Source of the DNA: the human T2T-CHM13v2.0 reference genome, Homo sapiens
DNA: 64,000 nt
Strand: one strand, 5' to 3'
Assembly (NCBI RefSeq): GCF_009914755.1
Contig: NC_060931.1
A program made the translations under genes and the position numbers. Of the stretch, positions 54,003 to 64,000 are shown piece by piece. The first letter of the stretch is position 1. Each line of letters begins with the position of its first letter. Below the pieces are notes generated by a model. The model saw only the letters and a program-made list of their open reading frames with translations, was not told where the DNA came from and did no database searches.

Positions 54003-54479
54003 TGTCACACATGTCCATGTGAAGAGACCACCAAACAGGCTTTGTATGAGCAAAAAAGCTTTTTAAATACTTGGGTGCAGGCGAGCAAGTCCAAAAAGAG
54101 AGTCAGCAAAGGGAGACAGGTATGGGGCCATTTTATAGGATTTGGGTGGGTAGTGGAAAATTACAGTCAAAGGGGGTTGTTCTCTTGTGGGGAGGGGCAG
54201 GGGTCACAAGGTGCTTAGTGGGGGAGCTTCTGAGTCAGGAGAAGGAATTTCACAAGGTTAATTGCTCAGTTAAGGTGGGGCAGAAACAAATCACAATGGT
54301 GGAATGTCATCAGTTAAGGTGGGGCAGAAACAAATCACAATGGTGGAATGTCATCAGTTAAGGCAGACACCAGCCATTATCACTTCTTTTGCGATTCTTC
54401 AGTTGCTTCAGGCCATCTGGATGTGTACGTGCAGGTCACAGGGGATATGATGGTTTAGCTTGGGCTCAGAGGCCTGACA
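54003..54479 (-). promoter_or_regulatory. 5' LTR of HERV-H #2 (477 bp) with a 44-bp tandem duplication
   Basis: TATAAA at 54137-54132; 54266-54309 is identical to 54310-54353. Confidence 0.96.
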
Positions 54480-54654
54480 CTACTGACGTAATATTGAGGT
54501 TCCAGAATAAAGACAGAGTAATAATAGAGAGTTTATTATCACAATGTTGGTAGGTAAATATAAACCTCCTATGACCACATAATTCATGATTTCAAGTAAT
54601 TAGCTTTTATCAAAAATATTTTTAAAAACATAGTTTCTTATTCTAAACATATAT

Positions 54655-55075
54655 TGTCTTAATTTGTTTTATGCTGCTATTAACAGAATACCTGAGACTG
54701 GGTAATTTATAAGGAACAGGGATTTATTCCTTACAGTTCTGGAGGCTGGAAAGTCCAAGGTCCTGGGGCCTGTATCTGGTGAGGGCCTTCTTACTGTATC
54801 ATCCTATAGCAGGAGGTTGAAGGGCAAGAAAACATATGCTAGAAACGCAGATTAAGTGAAAGAGAGAGACAGAGAGAGAAGGGAAAGGGGGCAAAATTAT
54901 ACTTTTATCAGGAACCCACTTTCATGATAACTAACCCACATCTGCAACAATGGCATTAATCCACTAGAGCCCTCATGACCTAATCACCTTTTGAAGGTCT
55001 CACCTCTCAGCATTGCTTCATTCAGAATTGAGTTTCCAACAGGTGAACTTTAGGGGACACATTCAAATCATAGCA
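54655..55075 (-). mobile_element. MST-family MaLR LTR
   Basis: TGTCTTA..GAATACCTGAGACTGGGTAATTTATAAGG..GGGGACACATTCAAATCATAGCA. Confidence 0.9.
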
Positions 55076-55924
55076 CCAGCAGTTAAATCATTTCTCTACC
55101 AACCAAGCACACATAAAATAACCCCCTTTATGAATACTTAAATTCCATAGGAAATAACGTTAAACTTTTAAAGAGTGGCTATCTCATACTCCTAAGTAAA
55201 GAATAGTTAGAATACTTAAAATCAAACTTTTAATACTTTGGAAAGATCTTGGCCCTTGTTATTACACAGACATTGATATAAATTTACTTTTATACAAAAT
55301 TGATATAGATTCAACCTAAAATTTATTGTGTCCCATACAAATATTCACTAAACTTTTTTTGTATCTTTTAGGGCAATGCTATAACCACTTCAACATACAT
55401 TAACACATTTAGCCCTATTAGCAACTTGATGGTTAGGTGCTGTCATTGTTCCCACATTTAGTAAGTTACTTGTAAGAAGCAGATGAGTGCTTAATTTTTC
55501 TTACCAGTGACATCAACAGTTTTGCATTTGTTCAATATTTTTTATTAAATCGCTAACTGAGATTTGTGGCTTCTGTGCTTACCTTTCTCATTCCAATAAT
55601 GTTTGAATTAAATAATATGGGCTTCTAATTTTCATTGGCATAAATAGGGTGACAAAAATTGTACTAATAGTTATCTTTTGGTATTCACAGGGGAATTGGT
55701 TCCAGGACATGCTCACATACAAAATTCATGGATGTAGAAGTCCTTGATATAAAATAGTATAGTAAATATTTGCATATAACCTATGTATATCCTCCTGTAT
55801 ACTTTAAATCCTTTCTAGATTATGTATAATCTAATGCAATATAAATACCATATAAATAGTTGTTATACTATACTGTTTTTATTTGTATTATTTCTTATTA
55901 TTGTATTGTTATTTTATATCAGTT

Positions 55925-56238
55925 TTTATTTATTTATTTGTTTATTTTTTGCAACAGGGTCTTACTCTGTCGCCTAGGCTGGAGTGCACTGGTATCACCA
56001 CAGCTCACTGCAGCTTTGACCTCCCCAGCTGGGGTGATCCTCCCACCTCACCCTTCCAGGTAACTGGGACTACAGACACACAATACCATGCCTAGCTATT
56101 TTTTTATTTTTAATTATTTGTGGATACAAGGTTTTGCCATGTTGCCCAGGCTGGTCTCAAACTCCTGGGCTCAAGGGATCTACCTGCATCAGCCTCCTAA
56201 AGTGCTAGGGATTATAGGCATGAGCCACTGTGCCTGGC
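55925..56238 (-). mobile_element. AluJ
   Basis: CAGGGTCTTACTCTG..CACAGCTCACTGCAGC..CCTGGGCTCAAG; flanks ATTTTATATCAGT/ATTTATATTAGT. Confidence 0.92.
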
Positions 56239-56263
56239 ATTTATATTAGTGTTTTTTTTTAAA

Positions 56264-59114
<2,851 letters not shown>

Positions 59115-59594
59115 TTAGTGTTTTTTTAAAAAATATTTTCAATTTGCAGTTGATTGAATCTAAGGATGTTGAAACCATGGATATGGAGGGCCAAGCATGC
59201 TACCATTTTAGCCTCTTAATCTTTGATTATTGAATAGAGCTTGCTTAGCCAGTGCTCTATTGATAAACAGTGGAGTATTTCCCCCCAATTTTTCTACTGA
59301 AAAAAAAATGTTCCTTGAATAGCTCAATTAAAGCACATGTATATTTCTTTCCCAAAATCTCCTCCAAAAAATGCTGAGGTTACACCTTCTCCCTACAGTG
59401 TTTGTGTGTGCCTTCTTTTCTTTATATATCAAATCATTGTCATCTGATAAAAAAGTAGTATATGCAATTTTTCTCATGTGAGTGGGTGTCAGTATCCCAT
59501 ATGCACCTTTACCTAGATTGCTTCTCATCTTTTTTGCATACATTTATATGCAGTTGTGTGTTATTTTCTTATTAATACAAAAGTCCTTTTTCTA

Positions 59595-60112
59595 TGTGAG
59601 ATGCTAAATAATCACACCTCCAAAGATGTTAATATCCTAATCCTCAGGATCTGCTAATATGTTTCCTTCCATAGCAAAAGGGACTTCGCAGGTATTATTA
59701 AATTAAATATCCTGGGGAGATTATCCTGGATAATCTGGATGACTCAGTGTAATTCAAAGTGTTCATTAGAAAGATGCAAGAAGACAACAGTCACAGCAGG
59801 AGATGTGATGACAGAAGCAGAAGGAGAGAAGGTGATGCGATAATGGAGGCAGAGTAAGGCAATTACTAGAAGGGTACTGCCACCCAAGGAGTGTGGGCAG
59901 TCTTTAAGAAGCTGGAAAAGGTGAAGAACAGATTTACCCCTTACAATCTCCAGAAGGAATGCAGCCCAGCTGACCTTGATTTTCTCCTGTAAGATTCATG
60001 TAGTATATAAAAGTAAGTTCTTACCGCTTCCAGAAGTGTAAGATAATTCATTTGTGGTGTTTTAAGCCACTGTGTTTGCGGTATTTTATTATAGCAGCAA
60101 TAGGGAATATGC
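59595..60112 (+). mobile_element. MLT1D-like LTR
   Basis: CCAAAGATGT..GCAAAAGGGACTTCGCAG..GAGATTATCCTGGAT..TTTTAAGCCACT..AGCAGCAATAGG. Confidence 0.88.
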
Positions 60113-60165
60113 AAAATGCTAAGGCAATTAGTCATTTGTCAATTGATACGTGTAATTGCTTTTCT

Positions 60166-60603
60166 TTTTTAAAAATTTTTTATTTTTATTAATAAGAATT
60201 TTCTTCACGTTCCGGGATACATGTGCAGAATGTGCAGGTTTGTTACATAGGTATACACGTGCCATGGTGGTTTGCTGCACCTATCAAGCCATCTTCTAGG
60301 TTTTAAGCCCCACATGCATCGAGTGTTCATCCTAATGCTCTCCCTCCCCTTATCTCCCATCCCTGACAGGCCTTCATGTGTGATGTTCCCCTCCCAGTGT
60401 CCATGTGGTCTCATTGTTCAACTCGCACTTATGAGTGAGAACATGCAGTGTCTGGTTTTCTGTTCCTGTATTAATTTGCTGATAATGATGGCTTCCAGCT
60501 TCATCCATGTCCCTGCAAAGGACATGATCTCATTCTTTTTTATGGCTGCATAGTATTCCATGTTGTATACGTGCCACATTTAAATGCCTATCAATCACAG
60601 ACT
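60166..60603 (-). mobile_element. Short L1PA (PA8-like) 3' end with a 5' inversion
   Basis: GGTTTTAAGCCCCACATGCAT-type 3' UTR; TSD GTGTA(A/T)TTGCTTTTCT at 60150-60165 and 60604-60619; inverted piece 60582-60603. Confidence 0.9.
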
Positions 60604-60682
60604 GTGTATTTGCTTTTCTAACTCTGCCCTTTAGTCTTTGTTTCTATTTTTTGCCATAGTATATTTTAAGAATTTTATTTGT

Positions 60683-60934
60683 GTGTCATGTGTCACTTAA
60701 TAACAGGAATACATCCTGAGAAATGTGTAAATGGATAATTTTACCTTTGTGTAAACCTGTATAACATGTTACTGTACTGAATACTATAGACAATACTAAC
60801 ACACTGTAAGTATTTGTGTATCTAAATGTAGAAAATTTAGTAAAAATACAATACTATAACCTTATGAGAACATCATTATATGTGATCACAGTGACATCAC
60901 TGACCAAAGTGTCCTTATGTATTTCATGACTGTA
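60683..60934 (+). mobile_element. Tigger3/Golem (MER7)-like DNA element
   Basis: GTCATGTGTCACTTAATAACAGGAATACATCCTGAGAAATG..CATGTTACTGTACTGAATACT..CATGACTGTA. Confidence 0.85.
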
Positions 60935-61339
60935 CTTAAGAATTCCCTTTTGCCCTACTGATTTGAGGTCCTATATTTACTAAAATCCCAAAGGTTTTGA
61001 TGTTTATATCAGGGCAAGCTCTGAACTATATTTCATTAATTGATCAGCCAATATGTGGTCCAGTATCAGACTATTTTCATAAGCATAGTTTAATAATATA
61101 TTTTAATAGCTTATGGCACATTCTACTCTCATTGCATTTCTTTTCCAGAGTTTTGCTGATTCTTTTCCCATGTGTGTTTTCCACAAGAACTTCTGTATAA
61201 TTTTAAACTACATAATCATCATTATCACACCCTAAGAACTACAGAAACCAACAAACAATCTCTCTGATGATATTTGAGATAGTATTAACTGGATAGATTA
61301 TTTTAGACAGGATATAACATATTTATAATATTGAAGAAA

Positions 61340-62530
<1,191 letters not shown>

Positions 62531-62687
62531 ATTTTGTTATATGCTACTTAAACTTTTAACCTAACAAGCATCATTTCCCAAAAAGATCAGAAGATCCCAA
62601 GTGTTGGTGATGTCTTTTATAACTCTGATTACTTCAGAAATGTATTTCTTGAACCCAGCTGACACTCAGAAATGATTGCTTAGAAAC

Positions 62688-63030
62688 GGGGTGTGGTGGC
62701 TCATACATGTAATCTCCACACTTTCTGGGGCTGAGATGGGAGACTCACTTGAGCCCAGGAGTTTGAGAAGTCTGGGCAACACAGGGAGACCCTGTTTCTA
62801 CAAAAAACAAAACTATTAGCCAGATCTAGTGGCACACACTTGTAGTCCCAGCTACTTGGGAGGCTGAGGTGGGAGGACTGCTTGAGCCCGGGAGGTAGAG
62901 GCTGCAATGAGTGGCCACTGAGCTCCAGCCTGGGAAACAGTAAGACTTTTTCAAAAAAAAAAAAAAAAAAAAAGGATAACCTGTCTCAAAAGCCAAAAAA
63001 AAAAAAAAAAAAAATCAAAAGCAAAAAAAG
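62688..63030 (+). mobile_element. AluJ with a compound A-tail
   Basis: CTTGAGCCCAGGAGTTTGAG..GGGAGGACTGCTTGAGCCC..GGCTGCA (J-type); two poly-A blocks. Confidence 0.9.
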
Positions 63031-64000
63031 AACGATTTCTTTGAAAGATGATAATTATACTTTTTTTGTTGGATTTAGATTGATGACAATTAAGATTTCA
63101 TTAAAATTAAATGAAATGACTAATTTCTCTTCAACCTGAATAAGTATGTAAGAGTGCAAAGGAGATGTGAAAATATGCCCCCAAACCAGGATAAATCAGC
63201 CTTTTTTCCCTAATTTTTCATTTTTCGATGTTAAGAAAAAGAATACATTGAAAATCACAATTTGTCCTATTTTATATCTGAAATATTCAGAGAAGAGTAA
63301 TAATGGCTTTTGTGTCAAGCAGGTAGGTGATTGATTTGGTTGCTTAATTCACTAGGTACCATATCACTTGGGACAAAGAAGAAAACAGCAGACTAACTGA
63401 TTATGTTTGTCACTTCTAAGTCAGTAGATTCCTGGGGAGGCCTCTGGAGAAAAGCTGCCCAAGTGATGAATGGGGATTTGCACCCTCTGAATCGTATCCA
63501 TGGATTTTAGTATTCTAGCCATCTTAATTATTTTCTTTCTATTTTTTGTTCATTTATAAATCTCTCAGAAAGAGGTAAAGAGACACTCTCCTTGGTGAAC
63601 ATTTAAAAACATCAAGGAAACTAACATAAAGCAGATACTACTAACTTTTTATTAAGTTGCTGAAAATAAAAGGAACATGTGAAAGGTTTATAGCTTCTTC
63701 ATCAAGCTACAAGGAAGCGTATCGAACTGTAGGCATGATAGTGGCTTGGAATTAATGTATTCAGCACAATTTTAATAAAACTAAAGGAGAGAAATGAAAA
63801 TTTGAAAATACTGGTTTCTACTTCTCAAAATATTTCCCCATATTTCAGAGAAATTAGTTAGGAAAGAATCCTTATCATCAGTGTTGAAAAGGAGTTCTGC
63901 ATCTTATAATCAGTTCCATTGTGTTCAGGAGTTACTGTAGACTAAGCTTTTTCAACAACAGGAAAAATTTATCTTAAGTAAAAAAAAAAAAAAAAAAAGA

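Larger units (their letters stand above)
48547..54479 (-). mobile_element. HERV-H provirus #2, two LTRs, 5933 bp, internally deleted
   Basis: LTR-PBS-gag-pro-pol-env-PPT-LTR order; perfect 5-bp TSD CTACT at 48542-48546 and 54480-54484. Confidence 0.98.

Overview
AT-rich primate (human/ape-like) genomic DNA, not prokaryotic. I see no intact host protein-coding exon. The long ORFs belong to two decayed HERV-H proviruses and a 5'-truncated L1PA; the rest look like repeat-derived or chance frames. Main architecture: two co-oriented minus-strand HERV-H proviruses (1..4562, running off the left edge; and 48547..54479, complete with a CTACT target-site duplication), about 44 kb apart, with reciprocal pol deletions and different LTR7 repeat structures. 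Around them are solo LTRs (LTR3-, MER11-, LTR26-, MER39-like and others), MaLR LTRs, old and young L1s, eight Alus, MER1B/MER2/Tigger3/MADE1 DNA elements, several nested insertions, a ~660 bp almost pure A/T tract and a probable retroposed tRNA-Asn 3' fragment. Family names come from recalled consensus motifs, not from a database search. I do not see a new biological system; the most interesting points are the HERV-H pair, their LTR changes and the tRNA fragment.
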